A stretch of 64,000 nt of DNA from Candidatus Dormiibacterota bacterium (GTDB lineage Bacteria > Chloroflexota > Dormibacteria > Aeolococcales > Aeolococcaceae), in contig CAVQLW010000006.1 in the NCBI GenBank assembly GCA_963713485.1, forward strand, positions 197,714 through 261,713, given 5' to 3'. Shown one piece after another: positions 10,779 through 21,234 of the stretch (positions are counted from its first letter, which is position 1; every line of letters begins with the position of its first letter). The notes below the pieces were generated by a model. The model was given only the letters and a program-made list of their open reading frames with translations. It did not search any database and was not told the DNA's origin. The translations under genes and the position numbers were made by a program.

Positions 10779-13292
10779 TCACTTGCCGACCACGACCCTG
10801 GCGTCCGCACGTGGCGGTCGCCGCCGTGGAAGCGCGACGATCTTGCTCGCGGCCGGCGTGCTGATTGCCTCGACCGAACGATCCCGGCCTTCGTGCTTCG
10901 CAGCGTACATAGCACGGTCGGCGGCGCCGAGCAGTTGATCGAGGTCGAGGCCGTGGACGGGGTAGGTAGAGATTCCGATCGACGCGGTGAGTTGGTCGAT
11001 GCTGCACCCATCGGGCACGGCAATCTCGTGCATGGCGATGCGCACGGCCTCCGCAACGCTGGCGGCGCCTTCCGGTCCGCAATCGTGGAGGAGGAGTACG
11101 AACTCCTCACCACCGATCCGGACCACGGCATCGGAACCACGCACCGTGGTGCGAAGCTGGGCTGCGACGCGCTGAAGCACGAGGTCGCCCGCGGCATGTC
11201 CGCCGCTGTCGTTCACCGCCTTGAAGTGGTCGAGATCGACGAGGAGGATGGACAGCGGCTTGCCATCGCGATTGGCGCGAGCAAGATCTCGCTCCCCGGC
11301 ATCCCGCATCCACCTGCTGTTGTATAGGCGGGTGAGCGGATCGGTCATCGCCGCGTTGACCAGCTCGACGTAGAGCTGCGCGTTTCTCCATGCCGACGCG
11401 GCGACGTGCGCAAAGAGCGAGGCCGCCTCGAGTTCGCGATCGCTGAACCGGCCGGTGCCCCGGCGCCAGCAGTTGATGATCCCCAGCTTGTGCTCAGTGG
11501 CGACAAGTGGTACGAGCAGCAGCGACTCCTGTACGTATGACGTTTCCGGTATCTGCCGTGCAAGGGGATGCTTCGATGTGTCGGGAATGTTCTGCGGCGT
11601 GCCTTTGGCGAACGCCCATCCGGTGATCCCGGCGTCGAGCGACATGCTGTCCGCAAGGATCTGATCGCGGTCAGGACCGGTGGCCAGCACCGGGACGAGC
11701 CGGAAGGTCTCGTAGTCGGCGACGAAGATGGCCATCTCCGAGGTCGGCACCACCCGACCCAATTGATCCGCCATCACCCCGAGGATGCGCAGCGGGTCGT
11801 GCTCGCTCTGGAGGGCGAGTGCCGCGTCGCTCAGGGCGCGGGCGAGTCCGCGCCGCGCGGGCGTGGTCCGGAGCGTTCCAGGCTGGACGATGTCCGCAGG
11901 ACCCAGCTCAGTTCCCCAGGGGCTGATGTGGGTGGGGGACACCTGGCGGTGCGCGAACCAGGCTGGATCGACGACCTCGTCACCGCACCCCTGAAGAGGG
12001 TGCATCAAGACCGGGCGGCCGAGCAGCCACCCCTGGCCGAACTGAACCCCCAACGAGACAAGGGTCTCGCGTTCGCGCTGCGTCTCGATCCCTTCAGCGA
12101 TCACCCGCGCGCCGATGTGCCCGCTGAACGAAAGCAACGCCACCACGAGCGCACGGCGCGCGCGGTCTGCATCGACTGCCTGGATCAGCGACCGATCGAC
12201 CTTGATGAACTCAGGACGCAACTCGGCGATGACCCGCATGCTCGCGTGGCCGGCGCCGGCATCATCGACGGCGATGCGGAATCCGCGGGCACGGAGCTCC
12301 GCTGCGATCCGTTGCAATCGCACCAAGTCTGGTACAGGCTCCCGCTCGCTGAATTCGAGGACGATCGAAGCGGGATCGACCCTTGAGTCGTGGACGGCCT
12401 TGTCGAGGGCGGCGACGCCGCCCTCATTGATCAGCGTCCCAATCAATACGTTCAGAAAGAGATCGGCCTCACCGATGTTCGCGGCAGCCCTCAGGGCGGC
12501 AGTCACACAGGCCAGGTCCAACGGCGCCTGCATGTGCTGCGACGCAGCTGCTGCGAACAGCTCGTCCGGGGTGGTGAGGTGCGGCTGTGGCGTATACCGT
12601 GCCAATGCCTCATACCCGATGACCGTGTCATTCACGAGTCGCACGATCGGCTGCACCGCGGAGACGATCCCACCGCTCGTCACCAGCTTCTCGATGCTGG
12701 CGCTCAACCGCTGGTCGGGTGGGGCAGGCACCACGGCGTCGAAGCGTCCGATCGCCGGCGTCCTATCTCCGGACCACGCTGCCGCGAGGGTGGCCGCCAC
12801 GACCTCGAGGATCGGCTCCAGCGCGGGAACGCATCCGGGGCCCCACACGCTCAGAACTCCCACGACACGATCGCCGGCGGTGACCGGTACCGCGAGCGCC
12901 AGGCGCTCGTCGGATGCCTTCGGAAGCACGTTGGCGAGCGCCGAGTTGGTCGTCAGCCGGCGCAGCGTCGCGGCTGCGTCTGCAGGACCGAAGTATGCAC
13001 GCCGAAGCCGGACCGGCTGGCGGAGTGATTCGACGCCGTCAAGGGGAATGCGCATTCCGACCAGGTTGGAGGCGAGTGATGCGGACAGTGCGCCGCCGAT
13101 AGCCGGCGGAACATTCACGGCCACCACGACGGCGACGTCCGACTCCACCGCGTTGACGGTCGCAGCGACGTTCAGCGATGCGAGCCCCAAGGTGACCTCG
13201 GTCGCGGCCTCCAGAGCCGACCGGGTGCGCGTGAGCCGATGTCCAATACGCGTGACAACTTCGAGACGCAAATCGCTTGACGGGACGTGCAC
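10779..13292 (-). CDS. GAF - EAL - GAF - GGDEF multidomain c-di-GMP turnover protein
   Basis: EAL block: GYEALAR, EFSE, DDAGAG, KVDRS, EGIET, QG. GGDEF block: LLVDLDHFKAVND, RGSD I-site, then IGGEEF. GAF-like regions precede each block. Confidence 0.85.
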   Translation of the reverse strand: MHVPSSDLRLEVVTRIGHRLTRTRSALEAATEVTLGLASLNVAATVNAVESDVAVVVAVNVPPAIGGALSASLASNLVGMRIPLDGVESLRQPVRLRRAYFGPADAAATLRRLTTNSALANVLPKASDERLALAVPVTAGDRVVGVLSVWGPGCVPALEPILEVVAATLAAAWSGDRTPAIGRFDAVVPAPPDQRLSASIEKLVTSGGIVSAVQPIVRLVNDTVIGYEALARYTPQPHLTTPDELFAAAASQHMQAPLDLACVTAALRAAANIGEADLFLNVLIGTLINEGGVAALDKAVHDSRVDPASIVLEFSEREPVPDLVRLQRIAAELRARGFRIAVDDAGAGHASMRVIAELRPEFIKVDRSLIQAVDADRARRALVVALLSFSGHIGARVIAEGIETQRERETLVSLGVQFGQGWLLGRPVLMHPLQGCGDEVVDPAWFAHRQVSPTHISPWGTELGPADIVQPGTLRTTPARRGLARALSDAALALQSEHDPLRILGVMADQLGRVVPTSEMAIFVADYETFRLVPVLATGPDRDQILADSMSLDAGITGWAFAKGTPQNIPDTSKHPLARQIPETSYVQESLLLVPLVATEHKLGIINCWRRGTGRFSDRELEAASLFAHVAASAWRNAQLYVELVNAAMTDPLTRLYNSRWMRDAGERDLARANRDGKPLSILLVDLDHFKAVNDSGGHAAGDLVLQRVAAQLRTTVRGSDAVVRIGGEEFVLLLHDCGPEGAASVAEAVRIAMHEIAVPDGCSIDQLTASIGISTYPVHGLDLDQLLGAADRAMYAAKHEGRDRSVEAISTPAASKIVALPRRRPPRADARVVVGK

Positions 13293-13953
13293 GGATTCAG
13301 TGTCCGTTCACGGACATGGTGTGGGGGCAACGAAACGGTCGCGTTCCACCGAAATCGCCACAGGTTAGCGGCGGCGAAGCAGTCGCAACACGATCGAAAC
13401 ACAGCGACCGACCAGTGAGATCCTGCACGCCGCACAGATGTGACAAACGGCACTAAATGGAAGGCCATTGTGCCCACGACGAATGTGGCAGAACCGCGGA
13501 ACGAGGATGTAGGCCACTCACAGCTGTGGTCGACCGCGAATCGTCCGCTCCGAAGTGATGCCGACGACGCCAATCCGTTCAACGCGATGCGCAACATCAA
13601 TGCGGCGCTCGATGTTGACGGCTGGTTCCGTGACCGCGTTTGACAGCCGTTGTCGGAGGCCATGAGTTCGGACCTTCGGCAAGGGCAAGCGTCCTTCCAG
13701 GAGGCATCAGATATGTGCGCGGATCGACGCGAGGCCGCGAATTGCTCACCGGATGCGACCCGGCGATGCCAACCGACGATGGAACCAGTCAGCACCTGAC
13801 GGCGCGACCGAGTCAAGGGTATTCGGGTGACCCTCGCCGACACAGTCCAGGCAACGCACCGCTGCCCGCGCCTGGAGCGCACCCTCCATCAGGGAGCGCC
13901 GCAGCCAGCGGCCCTGGTGGTTTGGCCTTCTGCGTGTGGACCGGGACGGAGGC

Positions 13954-15378
13954 TCAGCCCTGGCCAGGCCGCATCGTGCTGGCGCTGACCATGAGCCACG
14001 ACACCAGGTCGAAGTGCTGGAGGAGATGGCGGGGTCCGAGGAACTCACGGCGGACGCTATCGCGCCCACGTTCGCCCATTTGCGCGGCGGTCGATGGGTT
14101 GTCGAGCAGCTGAGACACCGCGGCGCCGAATGCCTCGAGGTCGCGGCTGTCGACGAGGAGTCCGGTGGCACCGTGCTCGATCTGGTCCTGGATTCCTCCG
14201 ACACGAGCCGCTACCACCGGCCTCGACTTCCACATGGCCTCAGCCACGGTGAGCCCGAATCCTTCCGCGAGGCTCTTCTGTACCACGACGTTCGCCGTTC
14301 GCTGAATGGCATTGATCGTGATCGCATTGAGGTCCACGTCGTCCATCGGAACCGACACAAGGTGAATGTGACTCCGTAGCGCCTGCGGAAGGCGGTGGCA
14401 CAGGTCAACCATCTCGAGCAGCACTGTCGCGCCCTCGGGGTCATCGCTGACGGCAGTCACTGCCGGCCCGACCAGAGCGAGGTGGGCTCCAGGGTGACGA
14501 GGCAGGACATGATCGATGAAACCCCGGACAACTCCGCCCGGATCCTTGAGGTGATCCCAACGTGATACCTGAGCCACCAGAGGAACAGCGTGCGGAATGA
14601 CGTCGCCAATCTGGTTCGCCTTCTCGTCCAGACCGCCCATGATGGCGGTGATCTCCTCAGGGCTCAGCGCGCGGTTCTTGGGCGAAAAGGGGTCGATCGA
14701 AGGTGGGACGATCCACACGCGCTCGGGATCGAGGCCGGGCCAGACATGCCCCCGCCGAGAGAATACGTATGCGTCTGCGCCGTCGATGAAAGGCCGCAGA
14801 AACTCCCAGGCACCGCGGGCCAGTTCGTCGGGCTCATCGACGCCGACGTGGCATCGCCAGATAACGCGAGCCCCGGTGGATCGGACCGCATCCACCAGCC
14901 CTGCCGTCTGAGGGTCGTGAAGGAAGACGATGTCCTCCGGATGGACCGACGTTCGAAGCGTGCGTGCGCTGGGTGCGAGGCTGGCCATATAGGCGGTTCG
15001 TTCCGCACCGCCGAGATCACCGCCATCCCCAGGGGCTTCGTGAAGGTGGTTGTGGATGCGTTTGGTCACACGGAATAGCCCGGGGTCGCCGCGGAGGACC
15101 TGCCAGCGCGCATCGACGCCTGCGCCGCGCACGTAGCCAAGCAGTGGCCGCAGCATCTCGGCGACTCCGCCACCTCGTGATGTGGAGTTCACGTTCCAGA
15201 GGACGCGACCCGTGAAGGAGTCGCGGGCGACGTCGCGAGCCGCCCGGAGCGCTTCGTATTGCACGGGGTCTGCGACGTCCGCGAATGCATCTAGCGACCT
15301 CTCTGGGATCGGGACGCTGAGGAGGTCCGAACCCATCGCGGCGGAGTGCTGCACGTCGCCCATGATGACGTGACTCAT
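13954..15378 (-). CDS. GT4 glycosyltransferase, TreT-like trehalose synthase family
   Basis: N-terminus NVNSTSRGGGVAEMLRPLL...ARWQVL...FRVTKRIHNHLHE matches the TreT N-domain pattern. C-terminal GT1/GT4 EGFGLTVAEAMWK motif present. Confidence 0.75.
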   Translation of the reverse strand: MSHVIMGDVQHSAAMGSDLLSVPIPERSLDAFADVADPVQYEALRAARDVARDSFTGRVLWNVNSTSRGGGVAEMLRPLLGYVRGAGVDARWQVLRGDPGLFRVTKRIHNHLHEAPGDGGDLGGAERTAYMASLAPSARTLRTSVHPEDIVFLHDPQTAGLVDAVRSTGARVIWRCHVGVDEPDELARGAWEFLRPFIDGADAYVFSRRGHVWPGLDPERVWIVPPSIDPFSPKNRALSPEEITAIMGGLDEKANQIGDVIPHAVPLVAQVSRWDHLKDPGGVVRGFIDHVLPRHPGAHLALVGPAVTAVSDDPEGATVLLEMVDLCHRLPQALRSHIHLVSVPMDDVDLNAITINAIQRTANVVVQKSLAEGFGLTVAEAMWKSRPVVAARVGGIQDQIEHGATGLLVDSRDLEAFGAAVSQLLDNPSTAAQMGERGRDSVRREFLGPRHLLQHFDLVSWLMVSASTMRPGQG

Positions 15379-15650
15379 GGCGCCGGGGACGCCGCCGAGA
15401 GGCCCTTGCGGCGCAGAGCCCGGACCACACGCCCGGCCCCTCGGAGTGAGGCGGCTTCCACGGGTCGGCTCTTGCCGGCGGTTCCGGCCGGAGTGACGAC
15501 ACTCATCCCCCGAAGCGATGACGACCGGCCATTCGGCCTGTCGAGACCTGCCCTTCTCCTCTGTGAAAAGCCCCCAGGTCAGGCCATCCTTGCGGCAGGA
15601 ACCGCGCGCCTGATCACGCGAGAAGAACGCGTCAGTAGAGAGGTGAGCCG

Positions 15651-17270
15651 ATGAACTCGACCATGCAGGACGTGCCGCTGAGCATCACCGCGCTCTTTCG
15701 GCGCGGCGCCGACGTCTTTCCTGACAGCGAGGTCATTACGTTCGAAGGCGAGCGCGCCCGGCACACGCCCTACAAGGTGGTCGCGCAACGCGTGCAGCGA
15801 CTGGCCGCGGCGTTGCAAGGACTCGGCATCGCGCCCGGGGATCGAGTCGGCACGCTCTGCTGGAATCACCAGGAGCACCTCGAGGCCTACTTCGCTATCC
15901 CCTGTATGGGCGCGGTGCTGCACACGCTCAACCTCCGCCTCCCACCGGCGCAGCTCGCGCAGATCATCAACCACGCACAGGATCGGGTCATCATCGTCGA
16001 CAACTCGCTCGCCCCGCTCCTCGCGTCGATCATCGGGCGCTGCCCGAGCGTGAAGAAGGTGATCGTGGTCGGCTCGGGGGAGGTGTCCGGCCTCGGCGAG
16101 GCGATCGCGTACGAGGACCTGATCGCCGCCGCGCCATCGACGTTCAAATGGCCGAGCATCGATGAGCGCAGTGCGGCTTCGATGTGCTACACCACCGGCA
16201 CCACGGGCGATCCGAAGGGTGTTGCCTACAGCCATCGCTCGGTGTACCTGCACTCGTTCGCCATCTGGGCAAGCTTCCGCATCGATGACACAGAACGGCT
16301 GCTGAGCATCGTGCCGATGTTCCACGTGAATGCGTGGGGTATCCCCTATGCAGGTTGGATGGTGGGGAGCGATCTGCTGCTGCCGGGGCGGTTCCTGCAC
16401 CCCGAAGGCCTGTGCACATTCATCGAGCAGGAGCGCCCGACATTCACCGGCGGTGTGCCCACGATCCTCACGGGCATCCTCAACCACGTGCGGGAGAACG
16501 GCGGCGACGTGTCCAGCATCAAGCGCGCGATCTGCGGCGGATCGGCGGTGCCTGCATCGCTCATCACCGCGTACAAGGACGTGCTCGGCATCGAGTTGGT
16601 CCAGGCGTGGGGTATGACCGAGACGAGCCCCATCGGAACGATTGCCATCCCGCCGAAGGGGACGGCACTCGAGGATGAGATGCGGTACCGCTCGAAGACG
16701 GGACGTGTCGTGCCGGGCGTTGAACTCCGCATCGTGGACAACTCGGGGGCCGAGGTCGCCCACGACGGCGAGGCGGTCGGGGAGATCGAGGTGCGCGGAC
16801 CGTGGATCACCGGCTCGTACTACAACGCGTCCGTTCCCGAGCAATTCCATGACGGATGGCTGCGCACCGGCGATGTCGGCAATATCGATCCGCGCGGGTT
16901 CGTGCAGATCACCGACCGCTCCAAGGACGTGATCAAGTCCGGCGGCGAGTGGATCTCGTCGGTGGAGTTGGAGACCCTGCTCGTGGGGCACCCGGCGGTG
17001 GCGGACGCCGCAGTGGTCGGAGTCGCTGATGAGCGCTGGGCGGAACGCCCGCTGGCAACGGTGGTGTTGGAGCCCGGGGCGTCAGCAACACCCGAGGAGC
17101 TTCGCGAGTTCCTCGCCACCAAAGTCGCACGGTGGTGGCTGCCGGAACGCTGGGCGTTCGTTGACGAGATTCCCAAGACGAGTGTCGGCAAGCTCGATAA
17201 GAAGCTGATCCGCGCCGACTATTCGGAGGGCAAATACCCGGTGGTGGAGGTGGTGACCGCTTCGCGCTGA
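15651..17270 (+). CDS. AMP-dependent acyl-CoA synthetase (fatty-acid-CoA ligase family)
   Basis: 539 aa. MCYTTGTTGDPKGVAYSH AMP-binding motif, WGMTETSP, RTGDVG, and the C-terminal PKTSVGKLDKK lysine motif. Confidence 0.85.
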   Translation: MNSTMQDVPLSITALFRRGADVFPDSEVITFEGERARHTPYKVVAQRVQRLAAALQGLGIAPGDRVGTLCWNHQEHLEAYFAIPCMGAVLHTLNLRLPPAQLAQIINHAQDRVIIVDNSLAPLLASIIGRCPSVKKVIVVGSGEVSGLGEAIAYEDLIAAAPSTFKWPSIDERSAASMCYTTGTTGDPKGVAYSHRSVYLHSFAIWASFRIDDTERLLSIVPMFHVNAWGIPYAGWMVGSDLLLPGRFLHPEGLCTFIEQERPTFTGGVPTILTGILNHVRENGGDVSSIKRAICGGSAVPASLITAYKDVLGIELVQAWGMTETSPIGTIAIPPKGTALEDEMRYRSKTGRVVPGVELRIVDNSGAEVAHDGEAVGEIEVRGPWITGSYYNASVPEQFHDGWLRTGDVGNIDPRGFVQITDRSKDVIKSGGEWISSVELETLLVGHPAVADAAVVGVADERWAERPLATVVLEPGASATPEELREFLATKVARWWLPERWAFVDEIPKTSVGKLDKKLIRADYSEGKYPVVEVVTASR

Positions 17271-17421
17271 GGCGCCTCGGGCCGTTGAGATCAGGCCGTT
17301 CGCCGTAAGCTCAAGCCCGACATCTACCAGTCGCGGGTACGCGTCGGTTGGTCTCGCGATACGCTGGACCTCCGCGATACCAGGCCCCGTCTGCTAAGAA
17401 TTGCCGGGGAGGCACGGCAGC

Positions 17422-18393
17422 ATGATTCGGACGCTACTCACCGACCTCGTCGGATGCAAGGCCCCCATCCAGCAGGCGCCGATGGGCACAGTCTCCTCGC
17501 CGGGCCTAGCGGTCGCCGTCGCCGACGCCGGAGGCATCGGCTCGATCAATACCCTCGGCATTTCGCCGGAAACCCTCAGGCAGCGCCTCGACGAGATGCG
17601 TGAGCAGACCGACGGTGTGCTCGCGGTGAGCTTCCTGACCGCCGACATCGACACCACCGCCGTCGCGGATGCTGCATCCCGTGTACGCATCGTTGACTTC
17701 TTCTGGTGCGATCCCCGGCCGGACTTCGTCGACCTGGCCCACAAGGGTGGAGCGCTGGTCAACTGGCAGGTCGGGTCGGCGGCGGAGGCACGAGCGGCCG
17801 TCCGGGCTGGCGCCGACATGGTCAGCGCCCAGGGTGTCGAGGCCGGCGGTCACTGCCGCGGCGACACCGCGCTGTTGCCGCTGCTCTGCGAGGTGCTCGA
17901 CGCCATCGACGTGCCCGTCCTCGCTGCCGGGGGCATCGCCGACGCCCGTGGCGTCGCCGCCGCTCTCGCCGCGGGAGCCGCGGGCGTGCGGATGGGGACG
18001 CGGTTCATCGCCACAGAGGAATCGGGAGCGCATGCGGACTACGTCGCCGCGATCCTTGCGGCAGGCGCCAACAGCACGCGCATCACCGATGCGTTCAACA
18101 ACTGTCCGCTGTGCGACTCGTCGCCCCGCGCCCGCGTGCTCATCTCGGCAATCGACGCTGTCGAGGCAATCGACGTCGAAGTCGTCGGCACGATGCCGAC
18201 ATCCGAAGGGGAGATGCCCGTGCCGCGCCGCTCCTGGATACCGCCGACCCGAGGGATGAGCGGGCGCATCGAGGCGATGTGCATGTATGCAGGCGAATCC
18301 GTCGCCCTCGTCAACAGTGTCCTGCCCGCGTCACACCTCGTGCGGTCCCTCGCCGAAGGCGCCGAGAGCCTGCTTAATCGGGCGTTGAGATAG
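17422..18393 (+). CDS. nitronate monooxygenase (2-nitropropane dioxygenase-like, FMN)
   Basis: GGGGAGG RBS then ATG at 17422. Motifs PIQQAPMG...GLAVAVADAGGIGSI and GVEAGGH...AAGGIADARG. Confidence 0.8.
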   Translation: MIRTLLTDLVGCKAPIQQAPMGTVSSPGLAVAVADAGGIGSINTLGISPETLRQRLDEMREQTDGVLAVSFLTADIDTTAVADAASRVRIVDFFWCDPRPDFVDLAHKGGALVNWQVGSAAEARAAVRAGADMVSAQGVEAGGHCRGDTALLPLLCEVLDAIDVPVLAAGGIADARGVAAALAAGAAGVRMGTRFIATEESGAHADYVAAILAAGANSTRITDAFNNCPLCDSSPRARVLISAIDAVEAIDVEVVGTMPTSEGEMPVPRRSWIPPTRGMSGRIEAMCMYAGESVALVNSVLPASHLVRSLAEGAESLLNRALR

Positions 18394-19318
18394 CGGTGAG
18401 CGTCATGTCACCCGGCGTGGGTAGCGAGCGCGACCGACCGATCTGCTTCTCGAACCAGTGGTGTGCGTAGGGCTCGTCGTTGAAGGCGGCGACCTCGACG
18501 TAGCCGGCTGATCGATAGAGGTTGATCGCCTCCTCCAGCGCCCTGTTCGTCTCAAGCCGGAGTGTCGAGGTGCCGTGCCGTGCAGCCTGACGCTCGACCT
18601 CGTTCAGCAGCCGTCGCCCGATGCCAAGGCCGCGCGCCGTGTCGCTCACCCACATCCGTTTGATCTCCGCCGGTTCAGCGCCGTGAAACTTGAGTGCAGC
18701 GCAGCCGATGGGGTTTCCCTGTAGCGAGGCCAGCAGGAAGATTCCCGCCGGTGACCGCAACTCCGATTCGGCTGCCGAGATGCTGCGTGCTGGATCCCAT
18801 CCGGATTCGAAGCGACGATTCAATTCACTGACGTACGACTGGACGCAGTATCGCGCCCTGGGATCCGAGGGATCGATCGGCGCCACGTCGACCATCGCTA
18901 CGGTCATCAGGCGCTCAACGTCGGCCATCGCAGCAACGAGTCGAACGCGCTGCACCGGAGTCAGCGGGGCGAGCAGCGATTCCGCCCGACGCTCGGCACG
19001 CTCGTCGAGCACCCTGCGCTCGGCGGATCCTGCAGCTGTCAGGCGCGCAGTCCTCATCCGCTTGTCGGTCGCGCTCGCGCCGACCGTGACCAACCCGTCA
19101 GCTTTCAGCAAACCGAGAAGACGGCTCACGTACCCCGAATCGAGGCCAAGTCCCGTGCGCAAAGACCGCACGTCGCGGCCTTCGGATCCGATCTCCCAGA
19201 GCATCCGCGCCTCGCCGAGCGAGTGGTCCCGAGCGAGGAACCGATCCTCGAGCGCCCCGACGCGCTGCGTGACGATCCGGTTGAACCGGCGCACCTGTGA
19301 GACCATCGCCTGGTCCAT
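18374..19318 (-). CDS. MarR-type HTH fused to a GNAT N-acetyltransferase
   Basis: N-terminal winged helix (LGEARMLWEI...SGYVSRLLGLLKADGLV). C-terminal GNAT core (IKRMWVSDTARGLGIGRRLL...YRSAGY). Start taken at ATG 19318; the track start 19366 is TTG. Confidence 0.8.
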   Translation of the reverse strand: MDQAMVSQVRRFNRIVTQRVGALEDRFLARDHSLGEARMLWEIGSEGRDVRSLRTGLGLDSGYVSRLLGLLKADGLVTVGASATDKRMRTARLTAAGSAERRVLDERAERRAESLLAPLTPVQRVRLVAAMADVERLMTVAMVDVAPIDPSDPRARYCVQSYVSELNRRFESGWDPARSISAAESELRSPAGIFLLASLQGNPIGCAALKFHGAEPAEIKRMWVSDTARGLGIGRRLLNEVERQAARHGTSTLRLETNRALEEAINLYRSAGYVEVAAFNDEPYAHHWFEKQIGRSRSLPTPGDMTLTAISTPD

Positions 19319-19426
19319 TCCCTGACTATAGTCAGAGAATTCCCCGAGATCAACCCGGCGGCGCAAAATTGGCTCTCCTGATATGGCGCGTTCCGAACCC
19401 TTTCAAGACGAGGTGGGCTCATCGTC

Positions 19427-20222
19427 GTGGATCTGACCGACCTCTATCGCGGTCCGCTCGAGGAGTTCGTCGAACGCAGGGCAAGGCTTGCTCGCGAGGC
19501 GCGCGGGAGTGACCCGGCTGCGGCGGCTGCCATTGGAAGGCTCCGCAAGCCTTCCGTCTCGGTGTGGGCGATCGACCAAGTCGCGATCGAACAGCGAGAG
19601 CTGATTGTCGAGCTCTTGGCCGCGGGTGCAGATGCGAGAGACACCCAGCTGGCGGTGGCCGTTCAACACGCCACGCGGGAGAGTCTGGTTGTCGCCACAG
19701 CTCGCCTTCGTGATGCAGTTGAAGCGGCGGCCGGCGCGGCGAACGATGTGCTCGAGACCGCCGCCCACACCCGAAATGAGCAGACGAGTTCGTCGAATCC
19801 GAGCAACCCTGCAATCGCTCGCCACCGGCACGGCCGGTGACCGGCTTGCGCTTCTGCGCGGAACGCTCGACCACGAGGTCGAACCGGCAGGCTTTGGTGC
19901 GGTTGACACGGCGGACGCGGACCCGGGCGAGCTGGCTGATCTCCTTGCACCGCTGCGACGGCCGCCGGCAGCGACCGGTTCGCCTCAGGCCACCCGAGCG
20001 CCCGTCAACAACGAGCGCGAACAACGAGCCGCAGCCGAGCGTGCTGCGAGGAAACAAGAAGAAGCAGCCCAGCGTCTCCGCGAACTGGCCAAAGCTGAAC
20101 GTCTCCACGCGGAGACGCTCGCTGACGAGGCTCGTCGTGCTGACCAGGAGGCGTCGGCCGCCCAGGAGGTGGCCGAACAGGCCGAGGCCGACGCAAGGGC
20201 GTTGTGGTCAGCGCTGACTTGA
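19427..20222 (+). CDS. hypothetical protein with Ala/Glu-rich coiled-coil C-terminus, one +1 frameshift near 19774-19776
   Basis: ORFs 19427..19840 and 19605..20222 join if one A of ccgAAAtg is removed (...LETAAHTRMSRRVRRIRATLQSL...). Length is 3n+1. No family recognised. Confidence 0.5.
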
Positions 20223-20274
20223 CAAACGCTTTCACGAACCGGTTGCCCGCGCCCATCCTCGCGCCAGACCTCAG

Positions 20275-21099
20275 CTAGGGATTGCGGAGCGCCGTCCGAA
20301 GCCTCGGCGCCAGCCACGGTCTGCGCCCCCACGCGATGATCTGCCCGCGCCCGACGGCGCTCCAGAGCCGTCTCCGGCCGTACATGACGAGCAGCATGGC
20401 GGCGGGATCAGCGGACAGGTGGCAGTCCACCTGGGGTGCGGCCGGCGGATCGATGGTGAGCGCTCCGTGGTCGATCGCCATGACGGTCGCGCGGCCGCCG
20501 CGCAGGCGCAGGTCGAAGCACGCCTGCAGTCCTGCGGCACGACGCTGTTCAACCATCGCGGTCGGAGGAAGCGCGCGCATGACGGGGACTGCAAATCCAT
20601 CCACGGCGAGCGCGGCATGGCGGCGCTCGATCGGCCACGCGCGGCGTTCGGCTCGCGCGATATCGTCACCGTGCACGAGGGACTCGCTGAGCAGATGGCA
20701 GGCGAAGACGGCGAGAGGCATATCAACACCCTGCACGAGCCACGGCGCCGTCGCACGCTCGTCTGCGCCGGCAATCGCTTCGATGAACTCCGCTGCAGCG
20801 GCATCGATTCGGTCCGCGACGGTGTGACCGTCGCGATCGGTCTCGCGCGTCACGGTCACCCTCGTCAAGACCTCCAGCTCGCTGAGCTTCCGGAGCGGTG
20901 ATGCGACGCGCCGCGCGGCCAGCGCGGGGATCAACTCCCACGCGTTGGCGAGGTGCACCGCGACGTCGCCGGTGCTCCACACACCGATTGCGTGGCGAGT
21001 TGGGTCGGTAATCGACCGGATGCGCCGGGTCAGCCGGGGAACGACCGCAGCGAGCGCAGCCCGTGCCTGGGTGAGATCAACCGGGACAGGCGCGGGCAT
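20275..21099 (-). CDS. maleylpyruvate-isomerase-family (DinB-like, mycothiol-dependent type) protein with SCP2-like C-terminal domain
   Basis: 274 aa. The N-terminal DinB/MDMPI-like helix bundle pattern and C-terminal ...LSADPAAMLLVMYGRR... resemble TIGR03083-type proteins. Assignment by eye. Confidence 0.6.
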   Translation of the reverse strand: MPAPVPVDLTQARAALAAVVPRLTRRIRSITDPTRHAIGVWSTGDVAVHLANAWELIPALAARRVASPLRKLSELEVLTRVTVTRETDRDGHTVADRIDAAAAEFIEAIAGADERATAPWLVQGVDMPLAVFACHLLSESLVHGDDIARAERRAWPIERRHAALAVDGFAVPVMRALPPTAMVEQRRAAGLQACFDLRLRGGRATVMAIDHGALTIDPPAAPQVDCHLSADPAAMLLVMYGRRRLWSAVGRGQIIAWGRRPWLAPRLRTALRNP

Positions 21100-21234
21100 C
21101 GTTCGATTCTGCTCCTCGCGTCACAAACACGATGGCTGGCGCGAAGTCCCGCCTCGGCAGCGATGTGCTTGCATGACAACCGATATGCGGATCGAGACGC
21201 GCGCTGCCCGGTCGGCGCCACCGGTTGGGTGGCG

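Noticed and set aside
15579-16991. Long antisense ORFs opposite well-supported genes (15579..16991, 45792..46997, 51788..52813, 59960..61066, 60555..62054, 61633..63111, 35498..36655, 37407..38501, 9048..about 9860)
   Set aside because: Each overlaps a gene on the other strand or in another frame that carries clear family motifs. Their translations are low-complexity and Arg/Pro/Gly-rich. These are GC-driven open frames.
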